Source of the DNA: Acholeplasma laidlawii PG-8A
GTDB taxonomy: Bacteria > Bacillota_I > Bacilli_A > Acholeplasmatales > Acholeplasmataceae
Assembly (NCBI RefSeq): GCF_000018785.1
Contig: NC_010163.1
Coordinates: forward strand, 1,380,001-1,412,000
DNA length: 32,000 nt
Reading direction: 5' to 3'
Position 1 is the stretch's first letter, and each line of letters begins with the position of its first letter. The notes beneath the pieces are model-generated. The model had not been told where the DNA came from. It ran no database searches and saw only the letters and a list, made by a program, of their open reading frames with translations. Position numbers and translations under genes: made by a program. Positions 1 through 9,059 of the stretch are shown here, piece by piece.

Positions 1-646
1 ACTCACCATGTTTTGTAGGAAGCTTAGCCTCAGCTGCTTTTTTTACTAAACTTTCAGTCATTTGACGGTATCTAATAATAGATTCAACAGAAACGATTGG
101 TAGTGCATGTTTTGTAGCAAATGCTATAATCTCATCCATCTTCATTGGTTGTTTATCTTTATTTAATAATAGTGATAACACACCAACTGGTTTAAGATTA
201 GCTAGTTCAGACAAATCTACGATAGCTTCAGGATGTGCAACTCTTTTTAAAGTACCTCCTAATCTCGTAATTAAAGGAAATACAACACCATTTTTATGGT
301 ATTCCACTTTCTTCTTATTTAATACAGATTGGGTGGTTGCCAATATATTGGATGGATCGTCTTTATGAGTATCAGTTAGTGAAATAGTAGTATCTTTAAA
401 AGCGTGCATAGACCCAACTACTTCATAAACTGGATCAATGTTTAAACCTTCATAAAATTGTTTACTTGCAGCAACATAGATGTATTTATCACCATACTCT
501 TTTAAAAAATTGATGTTCTCTAAGTTTAATTTTTCTGCATTAAAAATTAAACTCCCCGTATTTTGTAAATCATGATCATCTACAACAATGACAGGCTTAC
601 TCATCTTGATTGCTTCAATGATGGATTGTACAGTATTAAACTCCAT
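1..646 (-). CDS. ribBA: RibBA-like protein, N-terminal DHBP-synthase-like domain; the 3' part of the gene lies beyond the left window edge
   Basis: Own translation of the minus strand from ATG at 646-644 gives MEFNTVQSIIEAIKMSKPVIVVDDHDLQNTGSLIFNAEK...NGVVFPLITRLGGTLKRVAHPEAIVDLSELANLKPVGVL...SIIRYRQ...AKLPTKHGE. This is collinear with RibB and ends at the LPTxxGxF start of a GTP cyclohydrolase II half. It is absent from the ORF track because it is open at the window edge. Confidence 0.7.
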   Translation of the reverse strand, partial: MEFNTVQSIIEAIKMSKPVIVVDDHDLQNTGSLIFNAEKLNLENINFLKEYGDKYIYVAASKQFYEGLNIDPVYEVVGSMHAFKDTTISLTDTHKDDPSNILATTQSVLNKKKVEYHKNGVVFPLITRLGGTLKRVAHPEAIVDLSELANLKPVGVLSLLLNKDKQPMKMDEIIAFATKHALPIVSVESIIRYRQMTESLVKKAAEAKLPTKHGE

Positions 647-813
647 GTTAAATTCATCTCCCTTTATTAGAAGTCACTTTCTTATAGGATCTTCTTTTTT
701 TTGTTTTGTAACTTATTTTACAATGTAAGTTTCTATTTAATATAAAATATACTTCTATGTTTAGAAGTTTAACATAAAGTATATTTTATTGTAGGAAATA
801 TTACATAAATTAA

Positions 814-838
814 GTAAAGCATAGGTAAAAAGCTTTAC
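814..838 (-). terminator. Possible terminator hairpin downstream of the SRPBCC gene
   Basis: Inverted repeat GTAAAGC (814-820) / GCTTTAC (832-838), about 20 nt past the stop at 860, followed by an A/T-rich tail on the minus strand. The stem is short. Confidence 0.35.
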
Positions 839-859
839 CACACCAACCAAACTTAAGAA

Positions 860-1276
860 CTACTTATAACTTTCTGCATACTTCTTGATATTATCTAGAA
901 TTGCTTGCCAACCTTTTTGTTGATGTTCAATTGGAAATTCATTTTCAGCATCTACAGTAAGCTTAACAGTAACAACACCTCTATGTTTAATAAATTCCAC
1001 TTCAATTTGTCTTTTATCGGTTAAATGATAATGAATTGATTGATGATATATGATCGAATCATATGTACCCATAAAATTAAATCCCATCGATTCATCCTTG
1101 GCTTCCATGCGGTAGTTAAATGCACCACCTTCTACAAAATTTGACTTTCCCTCTGTGACATGCCAATCATCACTTGCAAAACTCCATTTTACAACGTGTT
1201 TTGCATTATTATAAGTTTCCCAAACTACATCTATGTTTTGATGTATATCTGCTGTGATAACAAATTTTTTCATCAT
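860..1276 (-). CDS. SRPBCC / AHSA1 (Aha1-like) family protein
   Basis: ORF track 860-1285. About 140 aa with ...WSFASDDWHVTEG...GGAFNYRMEAKD...GWQAILDNIKKYAE, typical of the Aha1/START-like fold. AAGGAG lies 10 nt upstream of the ATG at 1276 and only 1 nt from the ATG at 1285, so 1276 is the preferred start. Confidence 0.7.
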   Translation of the reverse strand: MMKKFVITADIHQNIDVVWETYNNAKHVVKWSFASDDWHVTEGKSNFVEGGAFNYRMEAKDESMGFNFMGTYDSIIYHQSIHYHLTDKRQIEVEFIKHRGVVTVKLTVDAENEFPIEHQQKGWQAILDNIKKYAESYK

Positions 1277-1390
1277 AGAAATCATTCTCCTTATACTACA
1301 TTATATGCCTGTTTTTAGGACAATGTAATTTATATGCTTACGAGAAACTTATAATTTATACCATTTTTTTACTTTTATTACACTTTATAC

Positions 1391-1419
1391 TTTACTACGG
1401 TAGAGTAATAAAGTATAAT
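1391..1419 (+). promoter_or_regulatory. Sigma-70-type promoter candidate for the ABC transporter operon
   Basis: TTTACT (1391-1396), 17-nt spacer, TATAAT (1414-1419), 35 nt upstream of the start codon at 1454. Confidence 0.45.
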
Positions 1420-1453
1420 AGTTTTAAATTAAATTGGAAAATGAGGAAAACAC

Positions 1454-2242
1454 ATGAAAAAATTATTTTTACTACTAAGTATCATGCTTACTACAATCGT
1501 ACTTACAGCTTGTAACGCAAACAACCTAACAGATTATGAATATATCGAACAAAAGGGGAGTTTCACTTTAGGTTACACAGACTTCCCACCAATGGGCTAT
1601 TTAGATAATGGTACACCAAGTGGCTTTGATATAGAAATAGCCACATTAGTCTTTGAACGTTTAGGTATTGAACTTAAATTTAAGTATATTGATTGGGATG
1701 CAAAAGTTGTAGAACTTGATTCAAAGAGAATTGACGCAATTTGGAATGGTTTGACAATCACAGATGAAAGAAAACTAGAAATGACCTTTTCTAAACCATA
1801 TTTTGACAACAATCTAATTATCATATCTAAAGAAGGATCTAACATTGATACTATAAGTGATCTAAGTGATAAAAATATCGGTTTAGAATTAGGTTCATCT
1901 GCAGATTTAAGTGTTGGTAAAAATGAGAACATTTTAAGCATTAGTAAAGAAGTTAAAAAATATAGTACATCTTCTGATGCAATTCTGGCGCTTAATGCTG
2001 GTTTAGTAGATGCAGTGATTGTAGATGAAATCTATGCACGTTATGTTGTCTTAAAAGATACTACAAACGCCTATACAATCAGTTCAGAGATAATTGGTAC
2101 TGAACAGTACGGCATTGGCTTTAGATTAGGTGATGAAACACTTAAAACTAAAATAGATGAGGCACTTGATGCGTTATTTGAGGAAGGGTTAATAGAACCT
2201 ATTTCTATAAAGTATTTTGGTGTAAACTTATTTGTTAGATAA
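1454..2242 (+). CDS. Polar amino-acid ABC transporter substrate-binding lipoprotein (family 3 SBP)
   Basis: Signal peptide with lipobox LTAC (MKKLFLLLSIMLTTIVLTAC). SBP_bac_3-like body (GFDIEIA...IDAIWNGLTIT..R......FSKPY). First gene of an SBP-permease-ATPase operon. Confidence 0.85.
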   Translation: MKKLFLLLSIMLTTIVLTACNANNLTDYEYIEQKGSFTLGYTDFPPMGYLDNGTPSGFDIEIATLVFERLGIELKFKYIDWDAKVVELDSKRIDAIWNGLTITDERKLEMTFSKPYFDNNLIIISKEGSNIDTISDLSDKNIGLELGSSADLSVGKNENILSISKEVKKYSTSSDAILALNAGLVDAVIVDEIYARYVVLKDTTNAYTISSEIIGTEQYGIGFRLGDETLKTKIDEALDALFEEGLIEPISIKYFGVNLFVR

Positions 2243-2244
2243 CC

Positions 2245-2901
2245 ATGGATTACTTTATAGATGTCTTAACCTATTTACTAGAAGGGTCTAAAATCACCCT
2301 TCTAGTATTTATCTTTACATTGTTATCTATCCCACTTGGTTTAATTTTTGCAGTCATACGTAAAATTAGTATTCAACCGATTGTGAAGTTAATCGATTTA
2401 TATACTTGGATTATTCGTGGTACACCACTACTTCTGCAATTATTTTTTGTGGTGTACGGTCTACCTATATTGTTTGGACCTGCATTCTTGTTTGATGAAC
2501 TTTATGGTGCAATATTTACCTTTATTATTAACTACACGGCTTACTTCATAGAAATATTTAGAGGTGGTATGAATGCAATCCATAAAGGGCAATATGATGC
2601 CTCAAAAGCAATCCACTTAAGTCCTTATCAAACCTATAGACACATCATACTTCCACAAACCTTACATAAAACACTACCAAGTATCGGTAATGAACTCATT
2701 ACACTTATAAAAGATACTGCACTTGTAAGTGCTGTGTCCATTTCTGATATCTTAAGAAACTCACGTGAACTGGTGAATAGAGATTTTAGAGTGGAGTCAT
2801 ACATGGTTGCAGCAGTCATTTACTTATTGTTTACTTATGTGATTGTCATGTTGTTTAAGAAGATTGAGACGAGACATAAGGCTTACTACGGAGAAAGATG
2901 A
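2245..2901 (+). CDS. Amino-acid ABC transporter permease (His/Glu/Gln/Arg/opine family)
   Basis: 218 aa, multi-TM, with an EAA-like loop (...QYDASKAIHLSPYQTYRHIILPQ...). Starts 3 nt after the SBP stop. Confidence 0.9.
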   Translation: MDYFIDVLTYLLEGSKITLLVFIFTLLSIPLGLIFAVIRKISIQPIVKLIDLYTWIIRGTPLLLQLFFVVYGLPILFGPAFLFDELYGAIFTFIINYTAYFIEIFRGGMNAIHKGQYDASKAIHLSPYQTYRHIILPQTLHKTLPSIGNELITLIKDTALVSAVSISDILRNSRELVNRDFRVESYMVAAVIYLLFTYVIVMLFKKIETRHKAYYGER

Positions 2902-2902
2902 T

Positions 2903-3607
2903 ATGTTATTAGAAGTTAAAAAATTAAATAAATCCTTTAACCCAACAAAGGCTGTAAATGATGTCTCTTTTAGTTTATCTAAGGGTGAAATACTTAGTAT
3001 TATCGGTCCATCTGGTTCTGGTAAATCCACCTTATTAAAACTTATAGGCGGACTAGAAAGATTAGATAGTGGCGATATTTATATTAATAATATCCATATT
3101 GGTAGTGCCTCTAAAAAAGAAAAGAAAATAGCCCAAGAACATATTGGATTTATCTTCCAAGATTTCGCTCTTTTTGATCATTTATCTATAAAAGATAATA
3201 TAGGCTTAGCTTCTAAAGTTGTATATAAAAAGGATAAAACTTGGATAGATAGTGAAACAAATAGACTACTTTCATTATTTGGATTAAGTGATAAGCGCTT
3301 AAATTATCCACTTACCTTATCTGGTGGAGAAAAACAAAGGATTGCGATTGCACGCGCGCTTATTACAAAACCTTCTATACTTTTATTTGATGAACCTACA
3401 TCAGCGCTAGACCAAGCATCTATCGGTGATCTAGTAGCAATCATAAAAGATCTTAAAAAAGAAGACATTGGTATACTTATAGTTACTCATGACCTTAATT
3501 TCGCTAAACAAGTGTCTGATAGATTGCTTTTTATGCGAGATTCAAGTATCATTTTTAATAGGGACATGGTGGATGTAAAAGACATTCACACGGTCTTTGA
3601 CCTATAA
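2903..3607 (+). CDS. Amino-acid ABC transporter ATP-binding protein
   Basis: Walker A GPSGSGKST, signature LSGGEKQRIAIARAL, Walker B LLFDEPTSALD. The ORF track starts at 2843 inside the permease gene. ATG at 2903 (MLLEVKKLNKSF), 2 nt after the permease TGA, is the sensible start. Confidence 0.9.
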   Translation: MLLEVKKLNKSFNPTKAVNDVSFSLSKGEILSIIGPSGSGKSTLLKLIGGLERLDSGDIYINNIHIGSASKKEKKIAQEHIGFIFQDFALFDHLSIKDNIGLASKVVYKKDKTWIDSETNRLLSLFGLSDKRLNYPLTLSGGEKQRIAIARALITKPSILLFDEPTSALDQASIGDLVAIIKDLKKEDIGILIVTHDLNFAKQVSDRLLFMRDSSIIFNRDMVDVKDIHTVFDL

Positions 3608-3629
3608 TCTATTTAAAAAGGAGTCTTGT

Positions 3630-3914
3630 ATGTCTAAATTAAAAAGTGATGTAAATGATCTATTATTTGAAAGTATTTTAAAACTTGAAACATTAGAGGA
3701 TGCTTATGATTTTTTTGAGGATCTATTAACCATGAAAGAAATCGAAGCTATGTCACAAAGAATATTAGCTGCAAAACGCCTTATAGAAGGAAAAACTTAC
3801 GATCAAATCACAGAGGAAACTAAAATTAGTTCTACCACTCTAAGTAGAGTTTCTACTTGTGTCAGATATGGCACGGGTGGTTATAAAAAAGTTTTAAGTA
3901 AAACCTCTAAGTAA
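3630..3914 (+). CDS. YerC/YecD family TrpR-related DNA-binding protein
   Basis: MSKLKSDVNDLLFESILKLETLEDAYDFFEDLLTMKEIEAMSQRILAAKRLIEGKTYDQITEETKISSTTLSRVSTCVRYGTGGYKKV matches the conserved YerC/YecD pattern. AAGGAG lies 7 nt upstream of the ATG at 3630. The track start at 3597 overlaps the ATPase gene. Confidence 0.75.
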   Translation: MSKLKSDVNDLLFESILKLETLEDAYDFFEDLLTMKEIEAMSQRILAAKRLIEGKTYDQITEETKISSTTLSRVSTCVRYGTGGYKKVLSKTSK

Positions 3915-4019
3915 AGTTAAAATATTAGTCGCTTATCATAATTATGTTACAATAGGTTTTACATAAAACTAAACATTAAGGAGACCAGTAATATTTCATA
4001 TATTATTGGAGTACATTTT

Positions 4020-4856
4020 ATGCCAACAATTGAAAATAGACTAAAAGCTTATATCGAAACATTACCTGAAAGTAAATTAAAAGCGGCTATGGCCTATGCA
4101 TTACTCGGTGGTGGTAAACGCATAAGACCTATGTTAGGGATGACCTTACTTGAAAGTAAAGGTGTTGATCCAACACCTTACATAGAAGCATTTTTAGCTG
4201 TTGAAATGATTCACACTTATTCGCTTATTCATGACGATCTTCCTGCAATGGATGATGATACACTAAGACGTGGAAAACCAACTGTACATATTGCTTTTGA
4301 CGAAGCTATAGCCATCCTAGCTGGTGATGCACTTCTAACAGATAGTTTTAGACTTGTTACTCAAAACAAATATCTAAGCACTCTACAAAAAGTTGAGATC
4401 ATCGATATCATTTCTTCTAAAGCTGGTAGTACCGGTATGGTCTTTGGTCAAATCAAGGATATTGAATCCGAAGACAAAATGGTTACAATAGAAGATTTAA
4501 ATTTAATGTATGAGCTTAAAACAGCAAACCTCATTCAAGCCAGTCTTATGATTGCTGGCGTTATTCTTTCAGATCATGATATAAAAAGTTATGAGGATTT
4601 AGGTTACTATATTGGACTTATTTTCCAAATTCAAGATGACATATTAGAATATACATTATCACCTGAGGAATTTGGTAAATCTAAATCAGATGACATTAGA
4701 AATAAACCTACCTATGTGTCACTGCTTGGTTTAGATAAAGCCAATCAAGTACTAAATACATATGTTGATACATTAAATACATTAATCGAGTCTCTATATA
4801 TTAAAGATACTGTTATACATACACAAATTAAACTATTATTAAATAGAAGAAAATAA
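4020..4856 (+). CDS. ispA: Polyprenyl (farnesyl/geranyl) diphosphate synthase
   Basis: First aspartate-rich motif LIHDDLPAMDDDTLRRGKPT and second motif FQIQDDILE; GKRIRP near the N-terminus. Confidence 0.9.
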   Translation: MPTIENRLKAYIETLPESKLKAAMAYALLGGGKRIRPMLGMTLLESKGVDPTPYIEAFLAVEMIHTYSLIHDDLPAMDDDTLRRGKPTVHIAFDEAIAILAGDALLTDSFRLVTQNKYLSTLQKVEIIDIISSKAGSTGMVFGQIKDIESEDKMVTIEDLNLMYELKTANLIQASLMIAGVILSDHDIKSYEDLGYYIGLIFQIQDDILEYTLSPEEFGKSKSDDIRNKPTYVSLLGLDKANQVLNTYVDTLNTLIESLYIKDTVIHTQIKLLLNRRK

Positions 4857-4858
4857 TA

Positions 4859-4893
4859 AAAAGAACTATCAAATTTATTTTGATAGTTCTTTT
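4859..4893. terminator. Bidirectional rho-independent terminator between the convergent ispA and GGDEF genes
   Basis: 13-15 bp perfect stem AAGAACTATCAAA (4861-4873) / TTTGATAGTTCTT (4879-4891) with a 5-nt loop and T-runs on both strands. It overlaps the GGDEF stop codon. Confidence 0.75.
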
Positions 4894-5821
4894 ACTTTTG
4901 TTTACTCTGATACATCATTTGATCTACTCTGTTGATTAGTTGATCTATAGTTTCCCCAGGTTTATACTGAGATACACCCATACTAAGGACTACATATCCA
5001 ACACTAGAGATTGGTGTTTTTTTAAATACATCTTGTATCCTACTAACAAGATTTAGGGCGTCTTTATATCGTGTATTTGGTAATACTAAGAAAAATTCAT
5101 CGCCACCATATCTAAACGTTATATCTGATTCTCTTTTTGATTTATTTATAAGCTGAATGGTTTCAATTAATACTTCATCCCCCACTAAGTGACCATAAGT
5201 ATCATTGATTTGTTTGAACTTGTCCACATCAAACATCAAGAGTGAAAAAGGTATATTTTTGTATGTATTCATATATATTTGATGTTCTAGTTCTTTAAAC
5301 AACATACGCCTGTTTAGTGCATCTGTCAAGGGATCACTTTGAGCATACTTAATAAGTTGTTCCTCTAATTTCTTAGACTCTGTAATATCAAAAACAATAC
5401 CCTCTAATTCAAGTGGTTTACCGTCTTTATCTCTTTTAGTAACAATGCCTCTATCATAGTACCAAAGATAATAGCCTTCACGGTGCATAATGCGGTACTC
5501 CACTTCATAGGCATCAGTTTTGCCGGTTAGATGTTGTCTCATATTATCCATCACACGATCATAATCATCTGGGTGCAATTTACTGGTGAAAAACTCAAAT
5601 CCGATTTGACCAATCTCTTCTGCTTCATAACCAATAGTACGTGCTTTAAGTGCATTAAAAAAAACTTTATTCTCAGCATAAAGCCATTTCCATTGACCTA
5701 AGTTACCAGCCCATTTAATATTTATACTTAGTTGATCTTCTTTTTGTTTGAGTGCTTTTTCTAAGGTCAAGATATAATCTATTAATTCTTGTTTCGTATA
5801 TGTTAGTAGTTTATTGTTCAT
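4892..5821 (-). CDS. PAS-domain diguanylate cyclase (GGDEF)
   Basis: N-terminal coiled region, PAS-like core (...YEVEYRIMHREGYYLWYYDRGIVTKRDKDGKPLELEGIVFDITE), then a GGDEF domain (DALNRR...FDVDKFKQINDTYGHLVGDEVL...RYGGDEFFLVL). Confidence 0.85.
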   Translation of the reverse strand: MNNKLLTYTKQELIDYILTLEKALKQKEDQLSINIKWAGNLGQWKWLYAENKVFFNALKARTIGYEAEEIGQIGFEFFTSKLHPDDYDRVMDNMRQHLTGKTDAYEVEYRIMHREGYYLWYYDRGIVTKRDKDGKPLELEGIVFDITESKKLEEQLIKYAQSDPLTDALNRRMLFKELEHQIYMNTYKNIPFSLLMFDVDKFKQINDTYGHLVGDEVLIETIQLINKSKRESDITFRYGGDEFFLVLPNTRYKDALNLVSRIQDVFKKTPISSVGYVVLSMGVSQYKPGETIDQLINRVDQMMYQSKQK

Positions 5822-5928
5822 AGAAATCCTTTCTATAAAAACTAAGAGATGTTATCAAGAATTATAGTCTCTATATCCTTATTATATACCACTTCTAATA
5901 GTCATAATCACTTGATGATTTATAGAAG

Positions 5929-7281
5929 TCACTTAAAAATCTTTCTAATAAGTTTTTCCTTAAACTTAGTATATGGTGGGTATATAATCGGTAAATCAAA
6001 CCATGTAGCTTTTTTTACATAACCTTTCGTGTGGGAAAATAGTTTAAAGGAATAGAATCCATGGTAAGCGCCTATACCACTCATGCCAATACCACCAAAC
6101 GGTAAGTATGGATTACTTACATGCATAATTGTATCATTGATAGCACCACCACCAAAAGTTAGGTTTTCAAATACATATGTTTGATTCTTTTTATCGTTTG
6201 AAAATAAATAAAGTGCTAGTGGTTTATCTTTTGTTTTTAGTAGTGAAACCAAATCTTTTAAGTTGGCATATTTAAGTACTGGAAGTATAGGACCAAAAAT
6301 CTCTTCTTGCATCACTTTATCATCCCATGTTACATCTATTAATACTGTCGGACTAATGAGTTTAGTTTCGGCCTCTACTGTAGGTTTTTGAATCATTTTC
6401 GTTTCATCTATTAGTCCAATTAGACGCTTATAATGTCTTTCATTAATGATACGTCCAAAATAATTCATATCACTGTATCTTGTGTTAATTACTTGATTTA
6501 GGATATTAATAAATTCATCATGAATGGTGTCATGTACATAAATATAGTCTGGTGCAATACATGTTTGACCTGCATTTAAAAACTTACCAAATAAAATCCT
6601 TTCGGCTGCTATTTTTAGGTTTGCTGTTTCATCGACTATGGTTGGACTTTTACCACCTAATTCTAATGTCACAGGTGTTAAATGTTTACTTGCTTTTTCA
6701 TAGACAATTTGACCTACACGACTACTTCCAGTAAAGAAGATATGATCAAACTTTGAATCTAATAACTTACTAGTCACTGTATAGTCACCTTCTATGACAT
6801 ATAGATAATCTTTATCAAAGTGATTGTTAACTAGTTTAACTAATATTTTCTCTGTATACGTTGCAAATTCAGATGGTTTAATCATCACTGTATTACCTGC
6901 AGCAATCGCTCCAATGAGTGGTTCTATTATTAGCTGAAATGGATAGTTGTAAGGACCAATAATTAAAATAGTACCCAGCGCATCATATGTGATATAAGAT
7001 GAAGTTGCAGATAAGTAATATGGGGTTTTAACCTTCTTAGGTTTCATCCATTTCTTTAAACCTTTAATTGTATGTGTTAATGACTTTAAAACATAACCCA
7101 CTTCTGTTGAATACGCTTCAAATCTAGACTTATGTAAATCTTTAAATAGTGCTTCTAAAATCTCATCTTGATAATTTATGATTAATTGTTTAAGTTTTTG
7201 TAACTGTCTTATACGAAACTCATAAGATAGCGTCTTACCACTTAAAAATAATGTTTTTTGTGATTGAACTATAGTCTCCAT
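5929..7281 (-). CDS. NAD(P)-dependent aldehyde dehydrogenase (ALDH3-like), full length
   Basis: 450 aa with ELGGKSP, catalytic-Cys motif GQTCIAPDY, EEIFGPILP and PFGGIGMSG. Confidence 0.9.
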   Translation of the reverse strand: METIVQSQKTLFLSGKTLSYEFRIRQLQKLKQLIINYQDEILEALFKDLHKSRFEAYSTEVGYVLKSLTHTIKGLKKWMKPKKVKTPYYLSATSSYITYDALGTILIIGPYNYPFQLIIEPLIGAIAAGNTVMIKPSEFATYTEKILVKLVNNHFDKDYLYVIEGDYTVTSKLLDSKFDHIFFTGSSRVGQIVYEKASKHLTPVTLELGGKSPTIVDETANLKIAAERILFGKFLNAGQTCIAPDYIYVHDTIHDEFINILNQVINTRYSDMNYFGRIINERHYKRLIGLIDETKMIQKPTVEAETKLISPTVLIDVTWDDKVMQEEIFGPILPVLKYANLKDLVSLLKTKDKPLALYLFSNDKKNQTYVFENLTFGGGAINDTIMHVSNPYLPFGGIGMSGIGAYHGFYSFKLFSHTKGYVKKATWFDLPIIYPPYTKFKEKLIRKIFK

Positions 7282-7384
7282 AATATTTACCTCTTATGTT
7301 CAGTATATCAAAAATGATGTGTTTATCTTAATCTAATAATTAGGCTAAATTATGGAGTAAAAGTAATTTTAGTTTCTAAGGTTA

Positions 7385-8377
7385 TTAAACAATTGTAAGT
7401 GCACGTAAAATAATATAGGTAATATATGTTGCATAGATTAAAACTAAGATCAGTCCTTCTTTTTTAGATACGATGTCTTTTGTAATCGCAAACACTACCG
7501 CAATGATTGTTACACCTAACATGATAAATGTATCGATTACAACATCACCATTAATACCAAGTGGTGTAAACAAACCCGATAAACCTAGAATGAATAAAAT
7601 GTTAAAGATATTGGATCCTACAAGGTTTCCAAATGCAATCTCATTTTCACCTTTTTTAGCAGCTACTACAGATGTAACCATCTCAGGTAGTGATGTACCT
7701 ACAGCAACTACTGATAAACCAACTAAGGTAATAGCTTTAGTTGTAGACATACCAAATAGTCCAACTAATACGGTTGTAGCTAAATTACTAGCACCTTCTG
7801 TCACCATGTAACCACCTAATGTAACACCTGCAAGACCAATAACAAGTAATAACACTGATTTTTTCATATTAAGAATTTCAAATTCAACATTTTCATCTTC
7901 ACTCTTACCAGTTTTTATCATGATATAGATGTAAACAATAAAAGTGATTAGCAATATAAGTGCTTCATACCAAACGATTCTTGTATCACTTTGGAAGAAT
8001 AGTGCAAGCACTAAAATTAGTATAGAAGAAAATAATAAATAAGGAAACTCTTTTCTGTACATGGTATTAGATACTTTAACAGGTCTTGCTAGTGCTGTTA
8101 ACCCTAAAATAAGTGAGATATTTACAATACTAGAACCAATGACATTACCCATTGCAATATCTGCAGTTGCGCCTGGTTCAACGGTTAACGATGCAATAAA
8201 GCTTACTGCAAGTTCAGGTAGTGATGTACCAAAAGCAACCAATGTTAAACCAATGACTAAAGGTGATACTTTAAACTTTCTTGCAATCGATGAAGATGAT
8301 GCAACAAAGAAATCTGCACCCTTAACTAAAAATATAAATCCTATGATGAGTAAACCGATGTTTATGACGTAATCCAT
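7385..8377 (-). CDS. CaCA family Na+/Ca2+ (cation/Ca2+) exchanger, YrbG-like
   Basis: 330 aa, about 10 TM. Two alpha-repeats: GTSLPELAVS...GNVIGSSIVNISLILG and GTSLPEMVTS...GNLVGSNIFNILFILG. Confidence 0.85.
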   Translation of the reverse strand: MDYVINIGLLIIGFIFLVKGADFFVASSSSIARKFKVSPLVIGLTLVAFGTSLPELAVSFIASLTVEPGATADIAMGNVIGSSIVNISLILGLTALARPVKVSNTMYRKEFPYLLFSSILILVLALFFQSDTRIVWYEALILLITFIVYIYIMIKTGKSEDENVEFEILNMKKSVLLLVIGLAGVTLGGYMVTEGASNLATTVLVGLFGMSTTKAITLVGLSVVAVGTSLPEMVTSVVAAKKGENEIAFGNLVGSNIFNILFILGLSGLFTPLGINGDVVIDTFIMLGVTIIAVVFAITKDIVSKKEGLILVLIYATYITYIILRALTIV

Positions 8378-9059
8378 GAACTTTTCCCTTCATAAAAAGA
8401 CTTTACTAGACTTTTTATCTTCTTTTTTTGTATAAGTAACTACTTAAGTTATGAAAATCAAACTATAAGTTTTTATAAGATATTTTACATTCGGAAAGCA
8501 TTTTAACATGCCTAATTTATGAAATCAAGCGTAATGGTTTAAACAAGTATATAAAATATACTTTAATGTATTGTATGTAAAATTTCTTCTATTTGAATTG
8601 ACGCCTCTAAATTAGGCACAAGAGATAATCTAAAACAGATGCTGAATTTACGTTTTCTATATAACAAAATATTTTCACTAAATCTCAACTTATTTTGATT
8701 CCTTATCATACCACATGAAATCAATTACATAAGTTCGAGTTTCGAGGACTTTTTGAATATCTTATAAACCCTTTTAATTTTTTCCATCAAAGACAAAAAA
8801 ACCTACCACAAAATAAGCGCTTATTTATTAAGGCTGTATAAACCAAGAGATTAAAGATATACTGATGGCTCCGGATTATATATATATCATCAATGTTACT
8901 ATTATCATAAGCCTGAAAAAATAACTTGATTTATAATTCAAATACATACGTATATGAAGTTTATATGCATGTGTGTTTTTCTTACGTATAATTTACAGTT
9001 TTTGTTATATTTATATGATAAAATATAACGTATTTTAAAATTACCTATGGAGATAAGAC

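Noticed and set aside
647-859. Possible FMN (RFN) riboswitch upstream of ribBA.
   Set aside because: The 5' leader is almost pure A/T. It lacks the GC-rich conserved RFN core segments (for example GGGGCGGGGTGAAATTCCC-like and CCGACGGTATAGTCCGGATG-like stretches). Only a small ACTTCTA/TAGAAGT hairpin is present.
2843-2902. ORF-track N-terminal extensions at 2843-2902 (ABC ATPase), 3597-3629 (YerC-like), 29886-29930 (ligA), 1277-1285 (SRPBCC) and 19841-19849 (membrane protein).
   Set aside because: The extensions overlap upstream genes or lack a ribosome-binding site. Internal ATGs with well-spaced GGAG-type sites coincide with the conserved family N-termini.
8800-9059. Purine riboswitch or PurR box in front of purA.
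   Set aside because: I looked for the TATAAT...ATATGG...GTTTCTACC...CCGTAAA...GACTATA architecture and for a PurBox-like AWWWCCGAACWWT. Neither is present. The segment tataaaccaagag...ggctccggattatata only superficially resembles a P1 stem.
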